A stretch of DNA of 64,000 bases from a virus, in IMG/VR virus record IMGVR_UViG_3300036766_000889. One strand, given 5' to 3'. A program made the position numbers and the translations under genes. Below are positions 15,676-24,090 of the stretch, in pieces. Numbering within the stretch: position 1 is the stretch's first letter; every line of letters starts with the position of its first letter. The notes beneath the pieces are model-generated. The model was not told where the DNA came from. It saw only the letters and a program-made list of their open reading frames with translations, and made no database searches.

Positions 15676-16092
15676 CTAACTTGACATGATTTCGATAACC
15701 TCGAGTTCTCGTAGAAAGTTAAGCAAAATTTCTGGAGTCATTTCCTTGAGAGGAAGCGCCTCAGTTTCCGCGATTACAGTGAAATCTCGTTCTTTGTATT
15801 CGCTCTTCTTACCGTAAACAAGTCGATCGATCTTTTGAATCATTCCACCATATGAAGATAGGATATAAACTGCACCCTTATGATGTTTACGATTGAGTAT
15901 GTCAAACTGAAATGACCAATTTTTATCTCCCCGGACGTATTTGTAAGGAGAATTTCGTGAACGTTGTTCGAATATCCGTTGTAAGAACGGGTCTTTACAA
16001 TCTAGTTCTTGCTCCTTCCAGCGCATTTCGCGCAAAACATTATTCAGGTAATCAAGTGAAGGGTTTACCTCTACTATGTATTTTCTTGACAT
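15676..16092 (-). CDS. Hypothetical protein
   Basis: 138-aa ORF ending LEVIEIMSS. Confidence 0.7.
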   Translation of the reverse strand: MSRKYIVEVNPSLDYLNNVLREMRWKEQELDCKDPFLQRIFEQRSRNSPYKYVRGDKNWSFQFDILNRKHHKGAVYILSSYGGMIQKIDRLVYGKKSEYKERDFTVIAETEALPLKEMTPEILLNFLRELEVIEIMSS

Positions 16093-16182
16093 AAATCGTA
16101 CCGTTGTTCGGCACGATTTATGGTGGTCGGTATTCCTCCATCATATCAACTATACATTGGAAATTAAAGAGTATCACACAAT

Positions 16183-16266
16183 TGGCTCCGAGTCCAGGAT
16201 TCGAACCTGGAATGGATTTCTCCGCACGGGTAACAACCGTGTGCCTTACCATTAGACTAACTCGGA
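16183..16266 (-). tRNA. tRNA-Asn(GTT) with long variable arm
   Basis: CACGG-TTGTTAC-CCGTG; V-arm GGA-GAAA-TCC; G73-CCA. Confidence 0.9.
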
Positions 16267-16336
16267 ATAAAAAACAATTCGCGCACCGAGCCATGCCGAG
16301 CAACCCCGATAGGGCCCGGTGCGCGTTGAAACAACT

Positions 16337-16353
16337 TATTCAATTGTCAAAGA
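16337..16353 (-). promoter_or_regulatory. boxA-like antitermination site
   Basis: TCTTTGACAATTGAATA resembles rrn leader boxA. Confidence 0.55.
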
Positions 16354-16404
16354 CTCAGACACTTAGCGTTCGGAGGTTGATCCCTGACGGGCCTCGTCGT
16401 GTCT

Positions 16405-16479
16405 TGGTCGGCAGCACGAGAATCGAACTCGCCTAAGCCTGGGTAAGAACCAGGTGCATCTCCTTGATGCTAACTGCCG
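16405..16479 (-). tRNA. tRNA-Lys(CTT)
   Basis: CCTGG-TTCTTAC-CCAGG; CCA end. Confidence 0.88.
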
Positions 16480-16506
16480 ATGTTTTCTTGAGCACTCAGT
16501 TTTTGT

Positions 16507-16698
16507 CTAATGTTTCGTTGTGGACTCTTCCTGTTCATTACCACACCAATGACAACGTTGAGTCATGACGCCTTCTTTGATACCGGCGTCTTCCCACATA
16601 CAAACACCGGTTCTTCCGCAGGGTGGAACTGGTTTAAGTAACTCACGTGTAGCATTTTTAAACTCACGTTCACGTTTGGTTAGTGTCCTAGTTTTCAT
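16507..16698 (-). CDS. Small Cys-rich hypothetical protein
   Basis: MKTRTLTKREREF...CGRTGVC...CHWCG. Confidence 0.55.
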   Translation of the reverse strand: MKTRTLTKREREFKNATRELLKPVPPCGRTGVCMWEDAGIKEGVMTQRCHWCGNEQEESTTKH

Positions 16699-16713
16699 GA
16701 CATGTTTCTTGGG

Positions 16714-16787
16714 TGGGACCGGCGGGACTTGAACCCGCAACCGTTCGGTTAAAAGCCGACTGCTGCTTCCGATTGAGCTACGGCCCC
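16714..16787 (-). tRNA. tRNA-Lys(TTT)
   Basis: TCGG-CTTTTAA-CCGA. Confidence 0.92.
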
Positions 16788-16848
16788 AAGGAATACTTGA
16801 GTGCAGTAGCTAGGTTTGAGTTCCTTCATGATTACCGTGACTTTCTTG

Positions 16849-16934
16849 TGGTGGAGCCGTGCAGAGTCGAACTGCCTAGTCTAAGACCCGGCGTTTACAG
16901 CGCCAGTCGCCTTCCGAGGACGAACCCCGGCTCC
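16849..16934 (-). tRNA. tRNA-Tyr(GTA)
   Basis: TGGCG-CTGTAAA-CGCCG; V-arm; ACCA end. Confidence 0.88.
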
Positions 16935-17015
16935 GTAATAGATACGAGAGCAGGTGAGCGTCGATAACTTTCGTGCAGTGGTTTGTGTGAATTGAACATT
17001 GTTATTTCGAACCCT

Positions 17016-17056
17016 AAAAACATTGAGACCGCCTCTAGTTTCCTAGGGCGGTCTCA
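17016..17056 (-). terminator. Attenuator terminator hairpin ahead of the tRNA array
   Basis: TGAGACCGCC-CTAG-GAAA-CTAG-A-GGCGGTCTCA followed by ATGTTTTT. Confidence 0.75.
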
Positions 17057-17083
17057 CGCGAACGAGTGTTCTTGTGATTCCGC

Positions 17084-17227
17084 CTACGTCGTATCCTCAT
17101 GGCTAATGGGGCTGACGGCTGGGCGTTGATTCCCTCCGAGCCATATAAATGACGATGTCGCTTCCAAGCGTACGCCATTCAGCGTCGGCTGGACCGTCGT
17201 CATATAAGATTTTATGGATCTGGACAT
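17084..17227 (-). CDS. Putative 47-aa attenuator leader peptide
   Basis: MSRSIKSYMTTVQPTLNGVRLEATSSFIWLGGNQRPAVSPISHEDTT*; starts 10 nt after the -10 box; stop overlaps the antiterminator strand. Confidence 0.6.
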   Translation of the reverse strand: MSRSIKSYMTTVQPTLNGVRLEATSSFIWLGGNQRPAVSPISHEDTT

Positions 17228-17237
17228 CGAAGTATTT

Positions 17238-17266
17238 ACTTTAGCACAGGCTGTTTATGGCGTCAA
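17238..17266 (-). promoter_or_regulatory. sigma70-type promoter of the tRNA operon
   Basis: TTGACG-17 nt-TAAAGT with extended TG. Confidence 0.75.
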
Positions 17267-17387
17267 GGCCCTTGTTTATGATCTTACACTGAAAAGATTC
17301 GAATTTACGTCAGAAGGTAGTTCTTCGTCCTCACCCGCACATTTTTCACATATGATGAATACCGGAGCCATCCGACAATCGTGGAAA

Positions 17388-17636
17388 TCATGTATCGTGA
17401 ACTCTCTCAACTACCCCGTGTTTGCAGCCCCCATCTCCAAAAGGGTGGAGGCCCCAATACTTTATCTTGCATTCTGGACAAGTACGTTGTGAAGGACCAG
17501 TTGCTCCAGTTGCTCCAGTTAACCCGACAGCTTGATTCGGCCACATCGGACCAGTGCACCCGGCAGCCCCCGTTGCCCCGAAAGTATCAATCACTGATAC
17601 TTTCTTTTCGTTTTCAAGTGTCATGGACTCTCTCAA
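17388..17636 (-). CDS. Small protein with GAT/collagen-like repeat and C-terminal Cys/His motif
   Basis: GATGATGP; CPECKIKYWGLHP...CKHGVVERVHDT. Confidence 0.6.
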   Translation of the reverse strand: MRESMTLENEKKVSVIDTFGATGAAGCTGPMWPNQAVGLTGATGATGPSQRTCPECKIKYWGLHPFGDGGCKHGVVERVHDT

Positions 17637-17928
17637 TTATTCCGTGCTTACATTCAGTGTTTGGATGGAGACCCCAGTATGATAACTTGCACTCTGGATA
17701 GGTACGAATCAAGTTACCGCCTCCAATCGCTACATTATCGTTTCCAGTCATGAGCGAACCAAGACGTTCATACCCGACAGCAGTATTAACATTTGTGTTT
17801 TCGGAATTTACATTCGACAGTGCCAGTGCCAGTGCATTTAATGAGTTTATCTTACCTGCAGACTCATTTTGAGAAAGAATCTCATATTTATCTGCACCTA
17901 AAGAAAATAATTTCTTAATCCATGACAT
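17614..17928 (-). CDS. Small protein sharing the same C-terminal motif
   Basis: NTAVG/NVAIG repeat; PECKLSYWGLHP..CKHGIIERVHDT. Confidence 0.65.
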   Translation of the reverse strand: MSWIKKLFSLGADKYEILSQNESAGKINSLNALALALSNVNSENTNVNTAVGYERLGSLMTGNDNVAIGGGNLIRTYPECKLSYWGLHPNTECKHGIIERVHDT

Positions 17929-17933
17929 TTAAA

Positions 17934-20771
17934 TTAACCAGCGTTCGATAAACCAATTAGCATATCGTCCATCGTGAGGGACACGGTTTTAATTTTCTGA
18001 GAAGCTTGAATTAGAGCATCAGCACTAGTGTCCAAAAGTCCACTCTCGAGAGCACGCATGCGTTTTGATTGCCATAAGATTTTCCCAACCATCCGGTCGA
18101 AAATTGCGCCGTGACGACTCTTCAAATTCCCCATATAAAACTTTCCGTCTTTACGAAGAGTGTCGTTCAGGTATGTGTATGTGATGTAATCAGCGGCCTT
18201 CTCAATTTCATTTGCATACGCGATTGCTGAGAAGTCATATCGTCCATCTTCTTTATCTGCTTTTGCTTTTCCTTGACGATTGAGTTGAAAAAGGGCGAGT
18301 AGAGGGACTCCTCGTCCACGTGCAAAATTAGCGCATAGCATCTGGCCTTCTCGTACTGCGCTGTTTACACTAGTCACGTAATCGTTCGTTCGATATTTTG
18401 GCTTTACGAGAGCAAGATAGTCAATTACTATTCCGTCACATCCATATTTTGCATGAAACATTTCGGCCTTACGCCTAATATCTTCAGCCGTAACCTGTTC
18501 CGGTGGATGCCAAATGAAAGGTTTTCCTTTACAGTGAGCTTTAAAATCCTGAGCTACAATTTTGAGACGCTTGTATCCGAGTTCATCAAGCTCACCATCG
18601 CGGACCTTTTGAAAATCAAGCCCGACATAACACTGAGTGATCGGAACACCGGCTTTTTTGTCTTTTTCGTACCAATCTGTTACAAATTTTCCATGCGAAG
18701 AATGAATTACATATAGTTGATTTCGAAGATTCTTGTACTTCATTTCCAAAATGCAGTAGAAGATGTTCTTTCCGTATAAGAAACAGTTATTGTACGTGTA
18801 GTTCAGTGCCAACGTAGTATTATGGGTCACCATATCGTCAACAACAAATGAATGGTGTTCCGGAACCTCCATGTCATAAGTCATTTCTTCACCACAAGGA
18901 ATTATAGAAGCGACTCTTTCCCAGGAAAGGTCTCCATCTAGTGTTTTATCGAGAACTTGACTTTGTCCTCGGAATCTTTCCGCAACATGTGTTGCAACAG
19001 TTCCATGACATATAATTTGACTTACGTATCTTTTCTTTCCACTTGGCATAATGACTGATGTACACCCGGCCATTAGAGAAGATGGAATCGGTGAGTCATC
19101 TTCAATGGAAACTCTATTTATGACTGAATCAAGTTTCCAGTCTTTTCCAATTGGTCTCACATAATCACAGAAAACTCTCTTTGAAAATGCATCAACGACT
19201 CTCGTTACGTATACAACATACGGAGACCCACGATAGTCAAATTCGTAATCCGTAACCGTAGACCTCACCCCAAGTCTCAATAAGAGAGATTGGACCCCGA
19301 GACATAAATCTTCTGAAGTTGAATAATATTTAATGTCATTCCTTGAACTAACACCACACGGACGATCTTCTCGTATGTGGTCACCAACATGAATAGATCC
19401 GTCAGTAGACCAAAGTGCCCCGATAAGTAAGGCCGTCTGGTGTTCTGATAGACCCATCATTTCATCTGGAATTTTCTTTGTTGAAGCGACTTTCCCATAA
19501 ATTTTCAAATTATCAAGAAGTATCCTGACTGGAGAAATTTGATTGTGATGCGTACCGCCTGGACTTCTACTTACACGAACACCGGGAGCTCTATTCAGTG
19601 GGGTCTCTTCCTCAAAATTTGGTCTTAAAAAGTCTGCAGGACCTTCATAAAGACCCATTTCACGAAGACAGTCCATAAAATCATGTCTTATCTCCGTGTT
19701 TGATGCTGTCAGACGTATTTGACCAGATGAAACAGTTCCATCTCCAAGAAGATAACCAACAACTTTTATTTCGTCATCTGAAAATTTTGTCGACGGATTA
19801 TCAATTACAAATTTTTTTGGAACAGCTACCCAGTCACCTGGCCTAAGACCGGAGAGTTCCTTCCATCCGTCTATTGTTAGCCACCTGTGATTTCCAGTTG
19901 CCTTTGTTCTACGTCCAGATTCGAGTTTCAATTCGAAGACTGGACGTATACCATTTTCCACAATATGTGAAGCTTCAGCAGTTATGAGAGAGAATTTTTC
20001 TCCTTCTCTATATACGGAAGTAACCACTGGCATATCACCAGAGTCATAAACTTCCTTCATAGTTCGTCGTCTACCTGTTGAGTGGTCAAAGATAGACGAC
20101 GAACCCGCTAAACACTTTAATTCACCTGAGAATGCGCAATGAACCCAATATTCACCACGTCGATGACCTTTGCATATTGAGTCGACGGGTTCTAGACCAA
20201 ATAACAATCGATCTGAGTATATGTTGTTCTTAACTTGTTCTTCGTATTCAGATATTACTTCTTCAGCATCTTCTGATACGACACCCTCGAGCTTCTCACC
20301 GGCTTCAAGCCTGTGGAGATGGGCCATCATATCTGACATGTACGAAATGGCGTCCGGAACGCCTCGAAGTATCTTTTTTCCGTTGATCGGTTTATCTAAG
20401 TTTCTTCCGTGCTCAGCAATAGCCGAGGCATCACGACAGGCTAGTATGAATTCCCTTGTTAACTGACTTTCAAGTTGAGATTTTACGATCGAAAGGAAAT
20501 TTGTCCGAATGTACGGCTGAGCTTTTTTAACTTCTTCAAGTCGAGAAGTTACTTCAATTTTGTCTTTTTTCTCAAAGAACTCACGAACGAGAGAGAAATC
20601 CGGAGGAGCGGACATCTGACCATAAAAGTTCTTGAGGTACTCATGAATTTCATGATCCTCTTCATTCGGAAACCCTAAGTCATGTTCTTGAAGTCTAACC
20701 CAGTTTTGATAACAATCATCAGCTTCAGGTTGACCACCCACTTGTATGACACTTCTTAAGATTCTTTCCAA
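17934..20771 (-). CDS. DnaB-like replicative helicase containing an intein
   Basis: Walker A AFSGELK[intein]TT; IVIDYL; QLNR; IEKAAD; KSRHG. Confidence 0.9.
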   Translation of the reverse strand: MERILRSVIQVGGQPEADDCYQNWVRLQEHDLGFPNEEDHEIHEYLKNFYGQMSAPPDFSLVREFFEKKDKIEVTSRLEEVKKAQPYIRTNFLSIVKSQLESQLTREFILACRDASAIAEHGRNLDKPINGKKILRGVPDAISYMSDMMAHLHRLEAGEKLEGVVSEDAEEVISEYEEQVKNNIYSDRLLFGLEPVDSICKGHRRGEYWVHCAFSGELKCLAGSSSIFDHSTGRRRTMKEVYDSGDMPVVTSVYREGEKFSLITAEASHIVENGIRPVFELKLESGRRTKATGNHRWLTIDGWKELSGLRPGDWVAVPKKFVIDNPSTKFSDDEIKVVGYLLGDGTVSSGQIRLTASNTEIRHDFMDCLREMGLYEGPADFLRPNFEEETPLNRAPGVRVSRSPGGTHHNQISPVRILLDNLKIYGKVASTKKIPDEMMGLSEHQTALLIGALWSTDGSIHVGDHIREDRPCGVSSRNDIKYYSTSEDLCLGVQSLLLRLGVRSTVTDYEFDYRGSPYVVYVTRVVDAFSKRVFCDYVRPIGKDWKLDSVINRVSIEDDSPIPSSLMAGCTSVIMPSGKKRYVSQIICHGTVATHVAERFRGQSQVLDKTLDGDLSWERVASIIPCGEEMTYDMEVPEHHSFVVDDMVTHNTTLALNYTYNNCFLYGKNIFYCILEMKYKNLRNQLYVIHSSHGKFVTDWYEKDKKAGVPITQCYVGLDFQKVRDGELDELGYKRLKIVAQDFKAHCKGKPFIWHPPEQVTAEDIRRKAEMFHAKYGCDGIVIDYLALVKPKYRTNDYVTSVNSAVREGQMLCANFARGRGVPLLALFQLNRQGKAKADKEDGRYDFSAIAYANEIEKAADYITYTYLNDTLRKDGKFYMGNLKSRHGAIFDRMVGKILWQSKRMRALESGLLDTSADALIQASQKIKTVSLTMDDMLIGLSNAG
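18819..20114 (-). mobile_element. Intein with LAGLIDADG endonuclease (432 aa)
   Basis: Starts CLAG, block B ATGNH, GYLLGDG and GALWSTDG motifs, ends TYDMEV...VTHN/T. Confidence 0.93.
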
Positions 20772-20832
20772 CTAGGCCTCCGATCAAGAACGGCCTGTTT
20801 AAGAATTTTCATCATTATTTCCATTCGTAACA

Positions 20833-21672
20833 TCAATCCCTGCTTGAAAACTTTTTACCACTACCAGACCCTCTCCCAAAGTTCTCAAATCCTTTAGGCA
20901 GATCCGGGTCCGGATCGGCAGAGCGTATGCGTCCTCTTTTCTTTTCGGGTGCGGGTCTAGTCGGTTCTTCTTGATTTTGATAACGTTTAGTCGGTTGGGA
21001 AGACTGAGACGCTATCGGCTCTGGAGCGAATGCCGATACTGCAGATTGAGAATCGGGAGAATGCGCGAGTGATATGCGCGGTATGACGAGCTCATTCATC
21101 GCACCTTTTAAAATACTCCAAACTGAATCCGAGTATGAAACGCTTCCCTGACCAAACGGGCGATCATAATATGAAACAACCCATGTTGGAAGATCTCGGT
21201 CTAGCCTGATACAAATAGATTCTTCAAGTATGGCTGCAGCAGCCTTATTCTTTGATACAAGCTCTCCTAACTGAATTACACACAAAGCAGGAGGACCCAT
21301 CACTTCTTCAAGCGTATTAATTACTTCTCCGGCGTCGTCGCCTTTAGACTTTCTGGAAGTGCTACCAACGTATACGTCGCGAAGTTCTCGATCCGATGTT
21401 ATACGGACAAATTTTGATGAATTTATCATCATTGCAGCTTTGACTAGTGCGTACAAGTCTTCTCTGGCCGCTTTGATGAAATATGATTTTTTGATACCAC
21501 CCCGCAAGATGGGTAATTTTAGATGTTCATGTGTGAGGTCAGCACATCTAACGTAAGCTGGCATCGCCGCTGCCACTCTTCGTAAAACGGCACACTCACA
21601 CTCTTTCGGCATCATCCCATCCTGGCGTTCAATAACACCAGTATCACCACAATGCTCGCATGTCTTTCTCAT
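20833..21672 (-). CDS. Possible helicase loader-like (DnaC/DnaI-type, degenerate) protein
   Basis: N-terminal CxxC...CxC; adjacent to helicase; no intact Walker A. Confidence 0.45.
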   Translation of the reverse strand: MRKTCEHCGDTGVIERQDGMMPKECECAVLRRVAAAMPAYVRCADLTHEHLKLPILRGGIKKSYFIKAAREDLYALVKAAMMINSSKFVRITSDRELRDVYVGSTSRKSKGDDAGEVINTLEEVMGPPALCVIQLGELVSKNKAAAAILEESICIRLDRDLPTWVVSYYDRPFGQGSVSYSDSVWSILKGAMNELVIPRISLAHSPDSQSAVSAFAPEPIASQSSQPTKRYQNQEEPTRPAPEKKRGRIRSADPDPDLPKGFENFGRGSGSGKKFSSRD

Positions 21673-21682
21673 CTGGATAACG

Positions 21683-23851
21683 TTACAGTAAATCAGACAA
21701 GTCTAGTTCGATCGTAGCCGTAGGGTTATCTTCCCAAACCTTTACGTTTTTCTGAGTCTTCTTAGTATCTTTCAGTTTTGCAGTTTTCAAAGTCTTCCCT
21801 GACGCAATTCTTGCGTTTACTTTTGCGAGTAGAGTACCCTTATCTCCAGCTTTACTTCCTGATTTCTGATTGAACTCTTGTCTCATCATGTTCATGACGT
21901 CTTTCACAACGTCCTTGTCACTAAAGTCCAACCCGCCTTTCAAAGCATCACCAGCTACCTTATCTATGAGTTTCTTCTTGTCTCGAAGAGCTTTGTAAAC
22001 GTTGTGGTCTATGGTCTTTTTCCCGCTCTTTTTCCTTGCAAGGAAATGGTGGGCTATAACAGTAGTATATGAAGACCCGATTCGGATCATACGACCGATT
22101 AACTGTACGTAGTCACCACAACTCCACGGTAGATCAATGAAAACAAAGTGTTCGGCTGACTGCAAGTTCAACGATTCCGCACCGGCAGTAGTGATCAATA
22201 TTACGTTTGTTCCGGAATTCATATCCTGAAACTTATTCTTCGATTCTTCTCTGATTTTTGGGTCGTTCTCTTTACCGGTTATTCGAACATATCTTATCCC
22301 ATTACGTTTGTTACCACTACCGTCAACCCACTTCGTTTCTTCAAGTGTCTTTCCAATAAGACTGATCATTTTTTCAAATCTTGAAAAAACAATGACTTTT
22401 TGTCCTTCGGCTTCGTCGAGAAGTAAATCGATGAGGGCATCAATTTTGCTTGAAGGACCATCAAATGGTTCGTCGTCTTCGTTCACCAACAAAAGCGGCG
22501 AGTTTACCGCTTGTTGAATCATCGTCATACTAGCTAAAACTTGACCGCTCGTAGTCTCATCATCATCCATGTCTTGCATTAGACCGGCTTCTGCCATGTC
22601 ATATAATTCTTCCTGCAAGTCATAAAGTTCACATTCAACTTCACGTGATAACAACTGAGGGAGTTCTTTAGCTACATCATGTTTCTTTCGTGAAAGATAG
22701 AATAACTCAATCCTTCGGACGAATTCATCCAAATTCTTATATCCGACGACAATCGGTACCTTACGCCCACCCCCTATATGCTGTAGTTTCGTTATGCAGA
22801 ATTCATCTTGAAAACGAGTAATTTTTGGAAAGAGATTCGGCTTGATTATGCGGAATAAGCTCCAAAACTCCATTAGTCTATTTTTCACCGGGGTGGCTGT
22901 CATCCCGTAGACTCGTTGACATTTGAGAGAAAGCGCCTGAACTTTCTGATGAAACTGACTCCTATGATTTTTTAATTTATGCATCTCGTCCATGACGAGC
23001 ATGAAACGAGTTTCAGGATGAAGTTCTTTCAAGTGAACAACATAATCTATTATTCCAGGGACCGTTATAGACGGATGAGCCTGATCAGTTAATTTTTGAA
23101 CGTTCGAGTTCAAAGCATTCAGTTTATCACGAGATATTCGGAACGATGACAAACGATCTGTGTCCTCGGAATCCCACCCAACGGGGGCTTGTATTCCCTT
23201 CGAATCGGAACTCATTTGATCACGAATATAATCTTGAACATCGAAAAGACGACTTTGAAAATGAGCGTCAAATTTTATCTCCTCCTCTTTTGCCAGTTTA
23301 CTTTCCTCTTTTGCATCAAAACGTGCTTTCTTTAGTTGGTCCCGTAGTAATTTCGGTACTTTTACCGAAGTATCGCGGATTACCGATGATTCCAGGTCAC
23401 GCATGACCGTGTCATATGTGATCAATAACAAACGCTTCTTCGATGACTCATGCTTAACGAAGAAACTTTCATATATGGCGCGACGTTCAAATGGTTCTCC
23501 GGATGCTGGGACGGCTTCCATGTTTTGCATGAAACGTTCGGTCTCAGCCACCCACTGAAATAGAGCTGATTTCGTGGTTATTATTATCGGAACATAGTCG
23601 GGTTCAACATCCCATATGTAACCGATGGCTGTTAAAGCAATAAGAGTTTTTCCAAGTCCAGTGTCATCACCCTCGATCATGCTCTCAAGTTGGAGTATAT
23701 TCATCACCCCAATTTTTTGATAATTTCTGAGAGTAACTGACTGTTCGTCCCCATATTCATTTACGTACGAATTTTTGAGGTATGAAGATGGTTTCATAAC
23801 CATTTCTTCTTTTAACCTAATTTCTCTAATTCGATCGATCACATCAGTCAT
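21683..23851 (-). CDS. SNF2-family helicase/ATPase
   Basis: DDTGLGKT, DEMH, MTATP, KVIVFS, SLNL, QLIGRMIRIG. Confidence 0.92.
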   Translation of the reverse strand: MTDVIDRIREIRLKEEMVMKPSSYLKNSYVNEYGDEQSVTLRNYQKIGVMNILQLESMIEGDDTGLGKTLIALTAIGYIWDVEPDYVPIIITTKSALFQWVAETERFMQNMEAVPASGEPFERRAIYESFFVKHESSKKRLLLITYDTVMRDLESSVIRDTSVKVPKLLRDQLKKARFDAKEESKLAKEEEIKFDAHFQSRLFDVQDYIRDQMSSDSKGIQAPVGWDSEDTDRLSSFRISRDKLNALNSNVQKLTDQAHPSITVPGIIDYVVHLKELHPETRFMLVMDEMHKLKNHRSQFHQKVQALSLKCQRVYGMTATPVKNRLMEFWSLFRIIKPNLFPKITRFQDEFCITKLQHIGGGRKVPIVVGYKNLDEFVRRIELFYLSRKKHDVAKELPQLLSREVECELYDLQEELYDMAEAGLMQDMDDDETTSGQVLASMTMIQQAVNSPLLLVNEDDEPFDGPSSKIDALIDLLLDEAEGQKVIVFSRFEKMISLIGKTLEETKWVDGSGNKRNGIRYVRITGKENDPKIREESKNKFQDMNSGTNVILITTAGAESLNLQSAEHFVFIDLPWSCGDYVQLIGRMIRIGSSYTTVIAHHFLARKKSGKKTIDHNVYKALRDKKKLIDKVAGDALKGGLDFSDKDVVKDVMNMMRQEFNQKSGSKAGDKGTLLAKVNARIASGKTLKTAKLKDTKKTQKNVKVWEDNPTATIELDLSDLL

Positions 23852-24090
23852 TGAAATTCTCCGCCATATGTCAATCCGTCAGTTCATACTTCAAATGTAT
23901 CATTTATGAATACGGTAGTGTTACGCCGCATAGATCACGCAAGGAATGAAGGATTCAATTGAAATCCTACATTTAACCCGGCAATTTTCAAAGTGAAGTT
24001 TACGGTCAATGGGAAAGTACAGGAAAAGATTAAACTTTGTATAGTTATTTAATGTATTCGTCAACAGTAGTATAAATCTCGATTACGAAT

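Noticed and set aside
4781-16934. Stop-codon recoding or suppressor tRNAs
   Set aside because: No CTA, TTA or TCA anticodon found (TAG, TAA and TGA anticodons are Leu, Leu and Ser); long ORFs end normally at all three stops
4721-16967. Many short ORF-track entries overlapping tRNAs and tmRNA
   Set aside because: Shadows of structured RNA genes
16893-16999. Second small ORF after the attenuator (MFNSHKPL...)
   Set aside because: Runs into tRNA-Tyr and lacks an SD; no support for translation
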